DNA from: Cyanophyceae cyanobacterium | Lineage (GTDB): Bacteria; Cyanobacteriota; Cyanobacteriia; Cyanobacteriales; Laspinemataceae | NCBI GenBank assembly: GCA_038321985.1 | Contig: JBBQFN010000003.1 | Location: 256,001 to 320,000 of the forward strand | Length of the DNA stretch: 64,000 nt | Direction: 5' to 3' | Part shown: positions 31,150 through 42,757 of the stretch, in pieces | Numbering within the stretch: the first letter of the stretch is position 1 | Layout of the letters: every line of letters begins with the position of its first letter | Made by a program: the position numbers and the translations under genes | The notes under the pieces: model-generated | Seen by the model: only the letters and a program-made list of their open reading frames with translations | Told to the model about the DNA's origin: nothing | Database searches by the model: none

Positions 31150-33651
31150 ATGATTCCGACCCCGGGACGGTTCTGGCAATACTTGACCCCGATATGTCTA
31201 CTGGCTGTAAGTTATTTTGCAGCGGGGATGTTAGCGATTTTGATACCAGGGTTGGCTCGAAGTCTGTTACCGTTTGGACCACCCGCAGGAGTTGCCTTAG
31301 CCGGAATGGTGTTGGGTGGGGTGAAAGTTTGGCCCGGGGTGGCAATCGGGGCATTTTTGTACTCACAATTTCAGGGAATGCCTTACTGGGTAGCGGGTGT
31401 CGCAGCGATCGCCTGCGTGGTCCAAGGGATAGTGGGGACAAGGCTGCTAGAAAAGCTGGAGTTTGATCCGGCCCTAGAACGGCTGCGTGATGTGGGCTGT
31501 TTAATCGGTATAGGAGCGATTCTTTCGACCCTGGTTAACTCTAGTCTGTGTGTAGCGATCGTCACCCTGAGCGGAATGCAAACCTGGGCCGAGGCCCTTG
31601 TCCAATGGGAAATGTGGTGGTTAGAAGAGGCAATGGGAGTGCTATTAATTGCTCCAATTCTATTAACTTGGAGCCGATTCAGGGCCAGCAATATTACATC
31701 AAGGGGGTGGGTATTAACGGCGAAAATTTTAGAAGCCGTCCTAGTCTCCATCTTGCTCTTTGCCATCAGTTGGGTTGTTTTTTGTTCACGAACCCGGGTT
31801 TATATCGCCGACTATCCTCTAGAATATTTGCCCTTTCCCGTGGTGATGTGGGTGGCCCTGCGATTTGAGTTGCGCGGGACGGTACTGGCGAACTTATTAG
31901 TAGCAAGTATGGCAATTTGGGGGGTAGCCCGAGAAAGTGGACCCTTCCTTAAACACGCTAGCAATGCGGAACAAGCGATTTTCTCCCTACAAATCTTTAT
32001 GGGGGTGGTTGCTGCTACAGCCTTGGTTTTTGCCTCAGTCATGGCAAGACGCCGACAAGCCGAAGAGTTACTCACTCAGGGAGAAGAAAGGCTGGCAAAT
32101 GCTCAACGCATCGCCCAGGTGGGGAATTGGGATTTAGACGGCGATCGCAAAGTATTACATTGGTCCGATGAAATTTATCGGATTCTGGGAGAAGAACCCC
32201 ACAGCTTCGCGCCGAGTCACGAACAATTCCTGAAATACGTCCATCCGAGCGATCGCAACGAAGTCCGCAACGCCTTTGACAATGCGATTATTAATCACCA
32301 ACCCTACTCCCTAGAATATCGCCTCCTGCGCCGGGATGGTGAAGATCGCATCGTTCATGAACAGTGCGAAATCAGTCTCTCTCGGATTACCGCTACGGTT
32401 CAAGATATAACCCCTCGCATTCGTGCCGAAGCTGCCTTACGCGCCAGTGAAGAACGATTCTCGAAAGCGTTTCAAGCCAGTCCCCTAGGTATCAGCATTA
32501 GCACCCGCGCCGAAGGACGGTTTGTAGATGTAAATCACACCTTTTTGGAGTTACTGGGTTATTCTCCCTCCGAAGCGATCGGGAAAACCTGGGAGGAACT
32601 GGATATTTGGATACATCAGGGAGATTACCTCAATCAAGTTGTTAATAAATTAAAGCAAGTTGGCTCAATCCGAGACCTTGAACTCCAATTTCGCACCAAA
32701 TCTGGAGAAATTCGGGATGCAATTCTCTCCATTGAACCGATTGATCTAGAAGGAGAACCGTGTCTGTTGACAATGGTGAGTGACAACACCGAACGTAAGC
32801 AGGCCGAGGAATTCCGCAAAGCGAAAGAAGCTGCCGAAGCGGCTAATTTAGCCAAAAGCGCATTTTTAGCTAATATGAGCCACGAACTGCGAACCCCCCT
32901 CAACGCTATCATCGGCTACAGCGAAATTCTCCAGGAAGATGCAGAAGATTTGGGACAATCAGAGTTCATCCCGGACCTCCAAAAAATTCACGGCGCAGGG
33001 CGACAGTTACTCTCATTAATTAGTGATATTCTTGACCTTTCTAAAATTGAAGCGGGTCGGATGGGTTTGGAATTAGAAACCTTTGAAATCGGTACGCTAA
33101 TTTGGGAAGTGATCACCACCATTCAGCCATTGGTAGATAAAAACGGTAATCAGTTAAAGATTCAGTGTCCTGAAGATATCGGCCAATTGCACGCTGATAT
33201 TACAAAGGTCCGACAAATCCTGCTTAATTTAATGAGTAATGCCATAAAATTTACCCCACAAGGAAAGATTGAACTCTGGATCAGACGCACCCGAGAAAAA
33301 CCCTTAAAAGGGGATATTTCTTCTTTAAAAGCTGATGATCAATATGAGGTTGAAGGTCAAGAGTGGATTTTTTTTAGAGTCAGGGATACGGGAATTGGCA
33401 TGACTCGAGAACAGTTGGATCAGGTGTTCAAACCCTTTACTCAAGCTGACGCTTCAACTACGCGCAAATATGGAGGGACAGGCTTGGGATTGACGATTAC
33501 TCAAAAATTCTGTCAAATGATGGGGGGAAATATTAAGGTAGAAAGTGAGGTCGGTAAAGGTTCCCAATTTACGCTTTGGTTGCCTGCTAAGGTCAGTTCT
33601 CCTGTTTTATCCCGGGAGGATGAAGCCAGGATTGGGGGCGATCGCAATTAG
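31150..33651 (+). CDS. MASE1-PAS-PAS sensor histidine kinase
   Basis: N-terminal multi-TM MASE1 (PPAGVALA), two PAS domains, FLANMSHELRTPLNAI, N-box LMSNA, DTGIG, GGTGLGL. Confidence 0.92.
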   Translation: MIPTPGRFWQYLTPICLLAVSYFAAGMLAILIPGLARSLLPFGPPAGVALAGMVLGGVKVWPGVAIGAFLYSQFQGMPYWVAGVAAIACVVQGIVGTRLLEKLEFDPALERLRDVGCLIGIGAILSTLVNSSLCVAIVTLSGMQTWAEALVQWEMWWLEEAMGVLLIAPILLTWSRFRASNITSRGWVLTAKILEAVLVSILLFAISWVVFCSRTRVYIADYPLEYLPFPVVMWVALRFELRGTVLANLLVASMAIWGVARESGPFLKHASNAEQAIFSLQIFMGVVAATALVFASVMARRRQAEELLTQGEERLANAQRIAQVGNWDLDGDRKVLHWSDEIYRILGEEPHSFAPSHEQFLKYVHPSDRNEVRNAFDNAIINHQPYSLEYRLLRRDGEDRIVHEQCEISLSRITATVQDITPRIRAEAALRASEERFSKAFQASPLGISISTRAEGRFVDVNHTFLELLGYSPSEAIGKTWEELDIWIHQGDYLNQVVNKLKQVGSIRDLELQFRTKSGEIRDAILSIEPIDLEGEPCLLTMVSDNTERKQAEEFRKAKEAAEAANLAKSAFLANMSHELRTPLNAIIGYSEILQEDAEDLGQSEFIPDLQKIHGAGRQLLSLISDILDLSKIEAGRMGLELETFEIGTLIWEVITTIQPLVDKNGNQLKIQCPEDIGQLHADITKVRQILLNLMSNAIKFTPQGKIELWIRRTREKPLKGDISSLKADDQYEVEGQEWIFFRVRDTGIGMTREQLDQVFKPFTQADASTTRKYGGTGLGLTITQKFCQMMGGNIKVESEVGKGSQFTLWLPAKVSSPVLSREDEARIGGDRN

Positions 33652-34155
33652 GTCTAGACTTATCCGGTTAGTAATTTTAGATTTAGGGAATTAATAAACC
33701 CGGGTTCGGGTCCTGATTTTCTGTTAGAGTATGTCTAAATTATGGGGACCCTATTAAATTGGGGGAGGGGGAATTTTCACTTATATTAGGGAGCGCTAGG
33801 TTTTCACTCTCCAAAAAATTATTCAAGGGATTTAAACGGGTTAAAATAACTTAATTTTATTTAAAACTTTGGTTTATAAATTTTAAAATTTCAGGCGGGC
33901 TTGCCCTTCAAACAGGAGGGATAATATTTAACATTTATTATTATTTTTGTCAACTCTTAAGGAGGTTAGCGGTAAGGTGGAGAAAAGATTAATTGTACAA
34001 ATTTCTGAATTATCAAATTTAGCCCATAATTTTTAGTTTTGCTGACGTAAGGGAGGATCGGATAGAGGTAAAATATTAGGGCTTGATGGAAAAACCTCTA
34101 GGCGTGAGGTCGCGTTTAATCGGTTTAAAAATTGTTGGAGGACAACAGTAGTAAG

Positions 34156-35547
34156 ATGGTCGCATTAACACCCAATTCTAGCTTTAGCGTAACGATTCGT
34201 TTGCAACTTCCTAACCGAGCAGGAACCCTGGCAAACGTGACCCAGGCGATCGCCTCCGTGGGAGGGAATCTGGGCCAAATTGACTTAATCGAACAAACCC
34301 GTGCTTACACCACGCGGGATATTACCGTCGATGCTTCAAGTACCGAACACGCTGAGGAAATTGTCCAAACAATCAAGGGACTCTCGGAGATTAAAGTTCT
34401 CAACGTTTACGATCGCACCTTTAACCTGCATCGCGGCGGAAAAATTAGCATCGAAAATAAAATTTCCCTCAAAACTCAAGCCGACTTAGCAATGGCGTAC
34501 ACCCCGGGAGTTGGGCGAGTTTGTATGGAAATTGCCAACAATCCCGAACAACTCTACAATCTGACCATCAAGCAAAATACTGTGGCGATCGTTACCGATG
34601 GTTCGGCAGTGCTAGGGTTAGGCAATCTCGGTCCCGGAGGTGCACTCCCGGTGATGGAAGGCAAAGCCATGTTGTTTAAAGCCTTTGCTGGAATTGATGC
34701 CTTTCCCATCTGTCTGAACACCCAAGACACGGACGAAATTGTAGAAACTGTTAAACGAATTGCTACGGTATTTGGTGGGGTAAATTTAGAGGATATTAGC
34801 GCCCCTCGCTGTTTCGAGATTGAAGCCAGATTGCGCCGTGAATTGGACATTCCAGTGTTTCACGATGATCAACATGGCACAGCGATCGTCACCCTAGCGG
34901 CATCCATCAACGCTTTGAAAGTGGTGGGTAAATCCATGGAAGATATCCGGATTGTCATGAATGGGGCCGGTGCAGCAGGGGTGGCGATCGCCCGCTTATT
35001 GCGCCAAGCCGGAGCCCGCTATATGACCTTGTGCGATTCCAAAGGTATCCTCAGCCACGATCGCACGGATTTAAATGAGGAAAAACGCGAATTTGCTGTA
35101 GAAAAAGGCGGCAGTTTAGCGGATGCGATTAAAGGAACGGATATGTTTATCGGCGTTAGCGCCCCTGGGGTACTAACTCCAGAAATGGTGCGATCAATGG
35201 CACCTCATCCCATCGTCTTTGCAATGGCAAATCCCATCCCCGAAATTCAACCGGAATTAATTATGAATGATGTGGCAGTCATCGCGACAGGGCGCAGCGA
35301 TTATCCTAACCAAATTAACAACGTTTTGGCCTTTCCGGGCATCTTTCGTGGGGCGCTCGATTGTCGGGCGCATACAATCACCGAAACCATGTATTTAGAA
35401 GCAGCCAAGGCGATCGCTGCCTTAGTCAAACCTTCAGATCTCAGTCCAGAACATATCATTCCCTCTGTGTTTGATGATCGCGTAGTAACCGCCGTTTCTG
35501 CCGCAGTCCAACAGGCAGCACGTCAGGAAGGTTCTGCTCGTCATTAA
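34156..35547 (+). CDS. Malic enzyme with N-terminal ACT domain
   Basis: AYTPGV, VTDGSAVLGLG, VMEGK, NLEDI, HDDQHGT, GAGAAG, ATGRSDYPNQINN. Confidence 0.95.
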   Translation: MVALTPNSSFSVTIRLQLPNRAGTLANVTQAIASVGGNLGQIDLIEQTRAYTTRDITVDASSTEHAEEIVQTIKGLSEIKVLNVYDRTFNLHRGGKISIENKISLKTQADLAMAYTPGVGRVCMEIANNPEQLYNLTIKQNTVAIVTDGSAVLGLGNLGPGGALPVMEGKAMLFKAFAGIDAFPICLNTQDTDEIVETVKRIATVFGGVNLEDISAPRCFEIEARLRRELDIPVFHDDQHGTAIVTLAASINALKVVGKSMEDIRIVMNGAGAAGVAIARLLRQAGARYMTLCDSKGILSHDRTDLNEEKREFAVEKGGSLADAIKGTDMFIGVSAPGVLTPEMVRSMAPHPIVFAMANPIPEIQPELIMNDVAVIATGRSDYPNQINNVLAFPGIFRGALDCRAHTITETMYLEAAKAIAALVKPSDLSPEHIIPSVFDDRVVTAVSAAVQQAARQEGSARH

Positions 35548-35574
35548 GCCTGGAAAAGCCTTGCAGGGCAAGCG

Positions 35575-35615
35575 GTAGGGTGCGTCCGATCATCCGATGA
35601 TCGGACGCACCCTAC
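35575..35615. repeat. GTAG-type REP-like palindrome
   Basis: GTAGGGTGCGTCCGATCATC-C-GATGATCGGACGCACCCTAC has perfect 20-bp arms. Confidence 0.85.
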
Positions 35616-35730
35616 AACGGGAAGGGGTTTTTTAACCGGGCAAAATTACAAACCCGACTGGGAGGATGTCACGATCGCCGATCGCGACTTATATTACAAT
35701 CTGTAAAGAACCATTACAGGGATAGGCAGA

Positions 35731-37203
35731 ATGCGGGTAGCGATCGCAGGGGCGGGACTAGCCGGAATGTCCACCGCCATTGAGTTAGTTGATGCGGGTC
35801 ACGAAGTTGAAATATTCGAGTCTCGTCCCTTTGTCGGCGGGAAAGTTGGCAGTTGGGTAGATGCCGAGGGCAATCATGTCGAAATGGGATTGCACGTCTT
35901 TTTCGGTTGCTACTACAACCTGTTCGACTTAATGAAAAAAGTAGGTGCAATTGACAACCTGCGCCTCAAAGACCATACTCATATCTTTATCAACGAGGGT
36001 GGCAAAATCGGGGAATTGGATTTTCGCTTTATTACCGGCGCGCCCTTCAACGGTTTAAAAGCCTTTTTTACCACCTCTCAACTCTCGGTACAAGATAAAC
36101 TCACCAATGCGATCGCCCTCGGCACTAGCCCCATTGTTCGGGGTTTAGTGGACTTCGACGGCGCAATGAATACCATTCGCGCCCTCGATCGCATTAGTTT
36201 TGCCGACTGGTTCCGCAAGCATGGCGGTTCTAATGGCAGTCTTAAACGGATGTGGAACCCGATCGCCTACGCCCTTGGCTTTATCGATACTGAGAACATT
36301 TCCGCACGCTGTATGCTCACCATTTTCCAGTTTTTTGCAACGAAAACGGAAGCCTCGGTTTTGCGAATGTTAGAGGGGTCTCCAGATACCTACCTCCATA
36401 AACCAATTATTGAATATCTGGAAGCACGGGGGACCAAAATCCATACTCGACGCCGGGTCCGTGAAATCCTTTTCTCCGAAGAAAGTGGCGCAACTCAAGT
36501 AACAGGACTGGTGGTTGCACAAGGGGAAACGGAAGAAACCATCACCGCTGATGCTTATGTTTTTGCTTGTGATGTCCCGGGGATTCAGAAAGTCTTACCC
36601 CCGGCGTGGCGCAAGTGGCCGGAATTCGATAATATCTACAAACTTGATACGGTGCCGGTAGCCACCGTCCAATTACGCTTTGATGGCTGGGTGACGGAAT
36701 TGCACGATGCCCAAAAACGTCAGCAGTTGGAGGAAGCAGCAGGAATCGACAATCTGCTTTATACTCCTGATGCGGATTTTTCTTGTTTTGCCGACTTAGC
36801 GTTGACTTCCCCAGGAGATTATTATCGCCAAGGAGAGGGTTCATTAATGCAGTTGGTGTTGACCCCGGGAGATCCGTTTATCAAGCAGAGTAACGAGGCG
36901 ATCGCCCAGCACGTCCTTAAACAAGTGCATGAACTATTTCCCTCTTCCCGGGAATTAAATATGACATGGTACAGCGTTGTCAAGCTGGCTCAGTCTCTCT
37001 ATCGGGAAGGTCCCGGTATGGACCCTTATCGTCCCGCCCAACATACCCCGGTAGCGAACTTCTTCCTGGCGGGAAGCTATACCCAACAGGATTATATTGA
37101 CAGTATGGAAGGGGCAACCCTATCGGGACGTCAGGCGGCTGAAGCGATTTTAGCTCGGGTGAATCAATTAACAGCCAGTCCTAAACCCTTGGCGATCGGT
37201 TAA
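35731..37203 (+). CDS. crtQ: Zeta-carotene desaturase
   Basis: [44 protein letters not shown] (plant-type ZDS). Confidence 0.95.
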   Translation: MRVAIAGAGLAGMSTAIELVDAGHEVEIFESRPFVGGKVGSWVDAEGNHVEMGLHVFFGCYYNLFDLMKKVGAIDNLRLKDHTHIFINEGGKIGELDFRFITGAPFNGLKAFFTTSQLSVQDKLTNAIALGTSPIVRGLVDFDGAMNTIRALDRISFADWFRKHGGSNGSLKRMWNPIAYALGFIDTENISARCMLTIFQFFATKTEASVLRMLEGSPDTYLHKPIIEYLEARGTKIHTRRRVREILFSEESGATQVTGLVVAQGETEETITADAYVFACDVPGIQKVLPPAWRKWPEFDNIYKLDTVPVATVQLRFDGWVTELHDAQKRQQLEEAAGIDNLLYTPDADFSCFADLALTSPGDYYRQGEGSLMQLVLTPGDPFIKQSNEAIAQHVLKQVHELFPSSRELNMTWYSVVKLAQSLYREGPGMDPYRPAQHTPVANFFLAGSYTQQDYIDSMEGATLSGRQAAEAILARVNQLTASPKPLAIG

Positions 37204-37310
37204 TTGTAGTTAACGCTAAACTTTAGACGTGGGGTGGGCTTTGGTCCGCCCTACTGGTTTTAAAAGGTTTACCCCATTTATAATCTAAAACTTTTAAAAA
37301 TTAAATTACC

Positions 37311-37760
37311 ATGACAAACTGGCTAGAACATAGCGTATTTGTAGAAGTAAATACCCCCATTGATCATGTGTGGAGTCTCTGGTCGGATTTAGAGCAGATG
37401 CCCCGCTGGATGAAATGGATCGACTCCGTGCAGGTTTTAGAGGACAATCCGGAATTATCTCGGTGGAAATTAGCCTCGGGGGGATTTGAATTTAGCTGGC
37501 TTTCTCGGATTTTAAAAATCGTTCCCAACCAAATTATTCAATGGGAATCCGTGGATGGATTGCCGAATCGAGGGGCAATTCGCTTTTACGATCGCCACCA
37601 AGAAGGCAGTATGGTTAAACTCACCATTGCTTATGCCATTCCCGGCATTCTCGGTCAACTCATGGATAATCTTTTTTTAGGTCGTGTCGTGGAATCAACC
37701 ATTCAAGCCGATCTAGAGCGATTTCGAGAGTATGCGATCGCCGCTTATTCCCAACAGTAA
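37311..37760 (+). CDS. SRPBCC (polyketide cyclase-like) lipid-binding protein
   Basis: WSLWSDLEQMPRWMKWI, WESVDGLPNRG. Lies directly after zds/crtQ. Confidence 0.85.
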   Translation: MTNWLEHSVFVEVNTPIDHVWSLWSDLEQMPRWMKWIDSVQVLEDNPELSRWKLASGGFEFSWLSRILKIVPNQIIQWESVDGLPNRGAIRFYDRHQEGSMVKLTIAYAIPGILGQLMDNLFLGRVVESTIQADLERFREYAIAAYSQQ

Positions 37761-37795
37761 GAAGAAAAAGTCTGTCCCCTAGCTGAACTCACGGC

Positions 37796-39595
37796 TTATT
37801 CCGGCTTCAAGGGTAAGATGACGGTAAATGTAGTCCCCACATTTACTTCACTCTCTACCCGAATCTCTCCGTGATGGGCTTCTACGCAATTTTTTACGAT
37901 AGTAAGTCCTAGTCCAGTTCCGGGGATTTGACCGACATTTCTGGCCCGGTGGAAGGACTGGAAGAGTCGTTTACGGTCCTCTACGGGAATGCCAATCCCG
38001 CCATCCCGGATTTTAAAAATTGCCTGATTATCTTGACAAATGACATCAAAATAAATCGGAGTAGCGGGTAGGGAATATTTGCAAGCATTGGTGAGCAAAT
38101 TGCCCAGAATATAGCGCAGGAGTTTTTCATCGATACAGGCATCGGTAACCGCGCCAACTGCCTTAAAGATGATGGGATGAACCTCGCGATCGCTAAATTG
38201 CCGTTCTTCTACCAAATCTTGACCTAACTGCACTAAATCTAGAGGATGCGGATGACAGTCTAATTGTCCACTTTCTACGCGACCCAGGACGAGCAAATCA
38301 TCAATCATCTCTTCCATATATTCAGCCGTTTTGTGAATAAGTTGGAGATAATTAACCCGTTGCTCTTCCGTAATTTTTTCCGCGAATTTCTCCAAGAGTT
38401 GCGAAGCGCATAAAATTGAAGTGAGGGGATTTCGGAATTCGTGAGTCACCATTGAGGTAAAGTTAGATTTCAATTCATTGAGTTCTTTTTCTTGTTCTAG
38501 GGCGCGATTTAATTCCTCCTGTGCCTGTTGACGTTCTAGAATCTCTTGATGTAGGAGTTGGTTCGTTTCGGTGAGTTCAAGTAGCTGCTCTTCAACGGAG
38601 TGCTGTAATATTTCAATAACCCGATACATTTCTAGGGGATCAAAGGCTTGCAACAGTGTGGATTGAGTGACGATACCTAAGAGTTCTTGTTGTTCAGAAA
38701 TCACAACCAACCGGCGCACACACCACTGTTTCATCATCTGATGGGCGGTCCACAGGGAGTCGCCGGGGTTGAGTGAAAATAAAGGCTGACTCATCACCGT
38801 GGCGGCCTCTGTGCCCCGCAAATCCAAATCCAGAGCATGAAATTGCACAAGGTCCCGTTCGGTGACCATGCCGAGAGCTCGGGGGAGGATTTCAGGCAGA
38901 CTATCCGATTGAGGGTCCAGTTCTGGAGGACAAGTAGGGATTCCGGGAACTGGACCCTCGGTTTCCTCCTTTCCAAGGGTTTCTGGGAGTTCAGTAATCA
39001 CAACACAGCTAACCTTGTGCTTAGACATCAATTCTGCCAGAGACAGCAAGGATGAGGTTGGGGCTGCTGTTACTACACCGCGCGTCATCACTTCTGATAC
39101 CGTTCGTGCCTTGAGGAGATTGACTGGCTGTAGCACTTTTCGGATACTACCATGACTCACAATTCCTAACACTTCTCCGTTTTCATCTACGATGGGCAAG
39201 TGCCGAATGCCATGCTGTTGCATGAGGGACAAAATATGAAACAGGTCCCGAAACTCGGTGTAAACGAGGGTAATCACCTTGGATGTCATCACCTCCGACA
39301 TAGTTATATCGGCAATTTTTACCCCGGCTGCACACAGATGTACGACATCGCGTTCACTAAAAATGCCCCGTAATTCAGAACTCTCTACGATTAACACACA
39401 GCCGTCTCCCACGTCATCTAGAGGACTGAATGCCATGGATGCAGTGACATCCGTGAGGGCGCAACTAGACCGAGCGTGAGCCATTTGGGTAATCACTTCG
39501 ATCAGGCGGGTATCAGGAGAAACAACCATGGGCGATCGGTTGAGCGCTTGTTCTAAGTCGGGAGAGTAAAGAGGCAGACAATTGGGTGGCAGCAT
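37796..39595 (-). CDS. CBS-domain sensor histidine kinase
   Basis: Two CBS pairs (GIFSERD, IRHLPIVD, GMVTERD, VRRLVV), H-box THEFRNPL, NLLTNACKY, DGGIG, GTGLGL. Confidence 0.9.
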   Translation of the reverse strand: MLPPNCLPLYSPDLEQALNRSPMVVSPDTRLIEVITQMAHARSSCALTDVTASMAFSPLDDVGDGCVLIVESSELRGIFSERDVVHLCAAGVKIADITMSEVMTSKVITLVYTEFRDLFHILSLMQQHGIRHLPIVDENGEVLGIVSHGSIRKVLQPVNLLKARTVSEVMTRGVVTAAPTSSLLSLAELMSKHKVSCVVITELPETLGKEETEGPVPGIPTCPPELDPQSDSLPEILPRALGMVTERDLVQFHALDLDLRGTEAATVMSQPLFSLNPGDSLWTAHQMMKQWCVRRLVVISEQQELLGIVTQSTLLQAFDPLEMYRVIEILQHSVEEQLLELTETNQLLHQEILERQQAQEELNRALEQEKELNELKSNFTSMVTHEFRNPLTSILCASQLLEKFAEKITEEQRVNYLQLIHKTAEYMEEMIDDLLVLGRVESGQLDCHPHPLDLVQLGQDLVEERQFSDREVHPIIFKAVGAVTDACIDEKLLRYILGNLLTNACKYSLPATPIYFDVICQDNQAIFKIRDGGIGIPVEDRKRLFQSFHRARNVGQIPGTGLGLTIVKNCVEAHHGEIRVESEVNVGTTFTVILPLKPE

Positions 39596-39750
39596 AATAA
39601 TTCAATAAGATGCGCAGAGGGAGCGAAAAAACGGGGAGGGTGGTCCAGGAAATCGGTATCGCTTGGGGCGCTTCTTTTAAGATAAGCCAGAATTTTCGCA
39701 AATTTAAAATCTCTAAATTTTTACCTAAAGAGGGTAGATTGTTAGTCAAT

Positions 39751-39990
39751 TTACCAGGTGGGATCGACATACAGATTAATGGTAATATGTTCTTTCCCCC
39801 CAGGCACTCCTGAGATGCAGGAACAAACGGTGCAATCGCCATCAATTTCTACCTCGCAGGCATGACAAGACCCCATCAAGCATCCGGTGGGAATTGTAAT
39901 CCCCGCGCGTTTGGCAACCTCCAGCAGGGGTTCTCCAACTTCGGCTTTGACGGTAATGCGATCGGGTAAAAAAATAACATCTACGCTCAT
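39751..39990 (-). CDS. Small 2Fe-2S ferredoxin-like protein
   Basis: GCLMGSCHACEV...CSC, a plant-type ferredoxin cysteine pattern. Confidence 0.88.
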   Translation of the reverse strand: MSVDVIFLPDRITVKAEVGEPLLEVAKRAGITIPTGCLMGSCHACEVEIDGDCTVCSCISGVPGGKEHITINLYVDPTW

Positions 39991-40168
39991 AATTTTAATA
40001 TTTTAATGGGGTGAAGGTTGGATATTAGACCTCGGACAAAATAACTCTAACTCCCCTGTTGAAAAGGGGGGCGGGGGGATAGAAACTGATTCACACTTTC
40101 CCAGTCTTTTCCTACCCGCCTCATCCCCTGTTTTCTAACGGTTTGATAACCCGCTCACAACAACCGGC

Positions 40169-41650
40169 TCACAACAAAGGGGTTAAATCTAAATGAGCTT
40201 CCACAATATCGGCCAGGGAATCGATAATGGCTTCCCGTTGGTCGCGGTAGTTGGCAATTCCTGTAGGTAATGATTTTAATCCTCTTTGATTACGGAGGCG
40301 ATTTAACCACGCCCGTCGCCAAGGTCCATTATCAAATAAACCATGTAAATAGCAACCCCATACCGATTGCTCTTTATCCACCAATCCCAAATTTACATCA
40401 TCAAAAAGGGGTTTAATTTCCCTCGATAATGCTCCCGTGTACCGTTCATTCGGTTGAGTTCGCCCCTGATGAATTTCATAACCACTTACGGGTAAACCGG
40501 GGGTGGGATAATTAGAATTTACCACCCGTTGCCGGGAAATTTTATGGTTAGTAATGACGGTTTTAATGGGCAAGAGATTAAGACCCTCGTAGCGGCCTTC
40601 TACTCCTTCCACTCCTTCGGGGTCGGCAACAACTTGGCCTAGCATCTGGTATCCGCCACAAATGCCTAAAACCGTTCCTCCCCCAGCAACGTAGTTTTGT
40701 ATTTCCTCCGCCATCCCGGTTTGTTTGAGTACCAGCAAATCGGAGATTGTAGTTTTAGAACCGGGAATAATCACAGCATCCGGATAGCCTAATGATTGTT
40801 TGGGGTTAATATATTTTAGGGTAACGCTGGGTTCAGCTTCTAAGGGGTCGAAATCGGTAAAATTAGAAATTCTGGGTAAGCGAATGACTGCAATAGTAAT
40901 TTCGCTCTCTTCCTTGTGAGTGGGAGGATTTAACAAACTTAGAGAGTCTTCTGCCGGAAACATTTCTTCAATCCAAGGAATCACCCCGAGGACGGGAATG
41001 CCGGTGTATTCCTCTAACCAGGTAATACCGGAATCCAGGAGCGATCGCTGTCCTCGGAACTTATTAATGACGACCCCGCGAATTAAGGCGCGTTCTTCCG
41101 GGTCCAGTAATTCTAAGGTTCCGACAACGTGAGCAAAGGCACCGCCTCGGTCAATATCTACCACGAGGACAGTCGGCGCGTTGAGATGTTTGGCAACGCG
41201 CATATTGGTTAAATCTCGATGTTTGAGGTTGATCTCTGCGGGACTTCCCGCCCCTTCGCAGACGATCACATCAAATTCATTTCCTAACTGTTGCAAGGAT
41301 TCAACGATCGCACTCCATCCCCGATCAAAAAACTTTTCATAGTATTCAGCCGCACCCACTTTTCCCTCAGCTTTTCCTCGCAGAATGACTTGGGAAGTCA
41401 TATCCCCTTGGGGTTTTAATAAAATGGGGTTCATCTCCACTTCCGGGGCAATTCCAGCCGCCCAGGCTTGCACCGCTTGGGCATAACCGATTTCTCCTCC
41501 TTTGAGGGTAACGTAGGCATTTAATGCCATGTTTTGTCCTTTAAACGGTGCCACGCGCAACCCTCGGCGATAGAGGATCCGGCATAAGGCAGTCGCGATC
41601 GCAGATTTGCCTGCGTGGGATGTGGTTCCCACAACCATAATGGCTTTCAT
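40169..41650 (-). CDS. cobQ: Cobyric acid synthase
   Basis: GTTSHAGKS, PFKGQNM, MNPILLKP, EGAGSPAEINL, GICGGYQMLG, YLHGLF. Confidence 0.96.
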   Translation of the reverse strand: MKAIMVVGTTSHAGKSAIATALCRILYRRGLRVAPFKGQNMALNAYVTLKGGEIGYAQAVQAWAAGIAPEVEMNPILLKPQGDMTSQVILRGKAEGKVGAAEYYEKFFDRGWSAIVESLQQLGNEFDVIVCEGAGSPAEINLKHRDLTNMRVAKHLNAPTVLVVDIDRGGAFAHVVGTLELLDPEERALIRGVVINKFRGQRSLLDSGITWLEEYTGIPVLGVIPWIEEMFPAEDSLSLLNPPTHKEESEITIAVIRLPRISNFTDFDPLEAEPSVTLKYINPKQSLGYPDAVIIPGSKTTISDLLVLKQTGMAEEIQNYVAGGGTVLGICGGYQMLGQVVADPEGVEGVEGRYEGLNLLPIKTVITNHKISRQRVVNSNYPTPGLPVSGYEIHQGRTQPNERYTGALSREIKPLFDDVNLGLVDKEQSVWGCYLHGLFDNGPWRRAWLNRLRNQRGLKSLPTGIANYRDQREAIIDSLADIVEAHLDLTPLL

Positions 41651-41676
41651 AGGGTACAAACTTCTCAGTGGTTTTG

Positions 41677-42090
41677 CTAAAAGGTTGGAAATCGTAACCA
41701 ACGATTGAGGAAATTATAAAGGCGATCGCCCCAGGAAGGGGCGGGAATTTTACCATCCGCTTGTTCCCATTCCTCCACAAGTTGTCGTCCCAAGGGAGTT
41801 AGGCGGAAACTATCGGTAATTCCTTGCCCATCGACTTCACGGCGTAATACTCCCAATTGGATCAGCCATAATAGACTGTTTTCGACTCGGCGTTCGTTGA
41901 GGGGCGATCGCGTATAGTTTTTTTCGACTCCCACCGAACCGACTATTGCCAATAACGGTACACTGCGATTTCGCATGGTCACAAATAATTGGAGTTGGAA
42001 CGGCAAACACTTTATCCCCCGGGCCGCCCGTTTTAAGGTGCTTTCGGGATATTCTATCAGGTGGGTTTTCTGGGGTTGAACAGCAGTCAT
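41677..42090 (-). CDS. Npun_F0494-family conserved cyanobacterial protein (winged-helix-like)
   Basis: LLWLIQLGVLRREVDGQGITDSFRLTPLGR. Lies upstream of cobQ. Confidence 0.8.
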   Translation of the reverse strand: MTAVQPQKTHLIEYPESTLKRAARGIKCLPFQLQLFVTMRNRSVPLLAIVGSVGVEKNYTRSPLNERRVENSLLWLIQLGVLRREVDGQGITDSFRLTPLGRQLVEEWEQADGKIPAPSWGDRLYNFLNRWLRFPTF

Positions 42091-42254
42091 TTAAATGGTA
42101 ATACCAGGGCGTGTATATTTTTAGATTAACTCAAATTTTCATAAAAACACAGTTTACCCCAAAAAACTCATCCTGAATCAAGTTTTTTCCCTTGTCGAAG
42201 TCAATCAATTATGGTAAAATTTGTAGAAATCAAAATTAGGAAAAACCAGCATTT

Positions 42255-42695
42255 ATGACTTTACCTGTTGGCACAGCAGCCCCGGCATTTACTGCAAAAG
42301 ATACCAATGGCAATATTGTCAAATTATCTGATTTTGCCGGGAAAATTCTAGTCTTGTACTTTTACCCCAAAGATGATACTCCGGGCTGTACCAAACAAGC
42401 CTGTAGTTTTCGGGATTCCTATTCCGAATTTAGGGATAATAATATCGCGGTATTAGGAGTCAGCCGAGATAATGAATCTTCCCATCAACAATTTGCGCAA
42501 AAGTTTAATCTGCCCTTTCCCTTATTAGCTGATACCGATGGTGCTATCATCAAAGCCTACGACGTAGAAAAGGGCGATAAATCCAAGCGAGTCACCTACA
42601 TGATTGATGGCATTGGCAAAATATCCCAAGTTTACGAAGGGGAGAATCTGAACACAGAAACTCACGGTTTTGATATTCTCGCGGCCCTCCGTTAA
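42255..42695 (+). CDS. bcp: Peroxiredoxin BCP/PrxQ (CxxxxC type)
   Basis: YFYPKDDTPGCTKQAC. Confidence 0.92.
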   Translation: MTLPVGTAAPAFTAKDTNGNIVKLSDFAGKILVLYFYPKDDTPGCTKQACSFRDSYSEFRDNNIAVLGVSRDNESSHQQFAQKFNLPFPLLADTDGAIIKAYDVEKGDKSKRVTYMIDGIGKISQVYEGENLNTETHGFDILAALR

Positions 42696-42757
42696 AAGGG
42701 GCGATCGCCCCTTTTAATTCCAATCTAGTCTTAAACATTCAAGAGCATACCGCATCT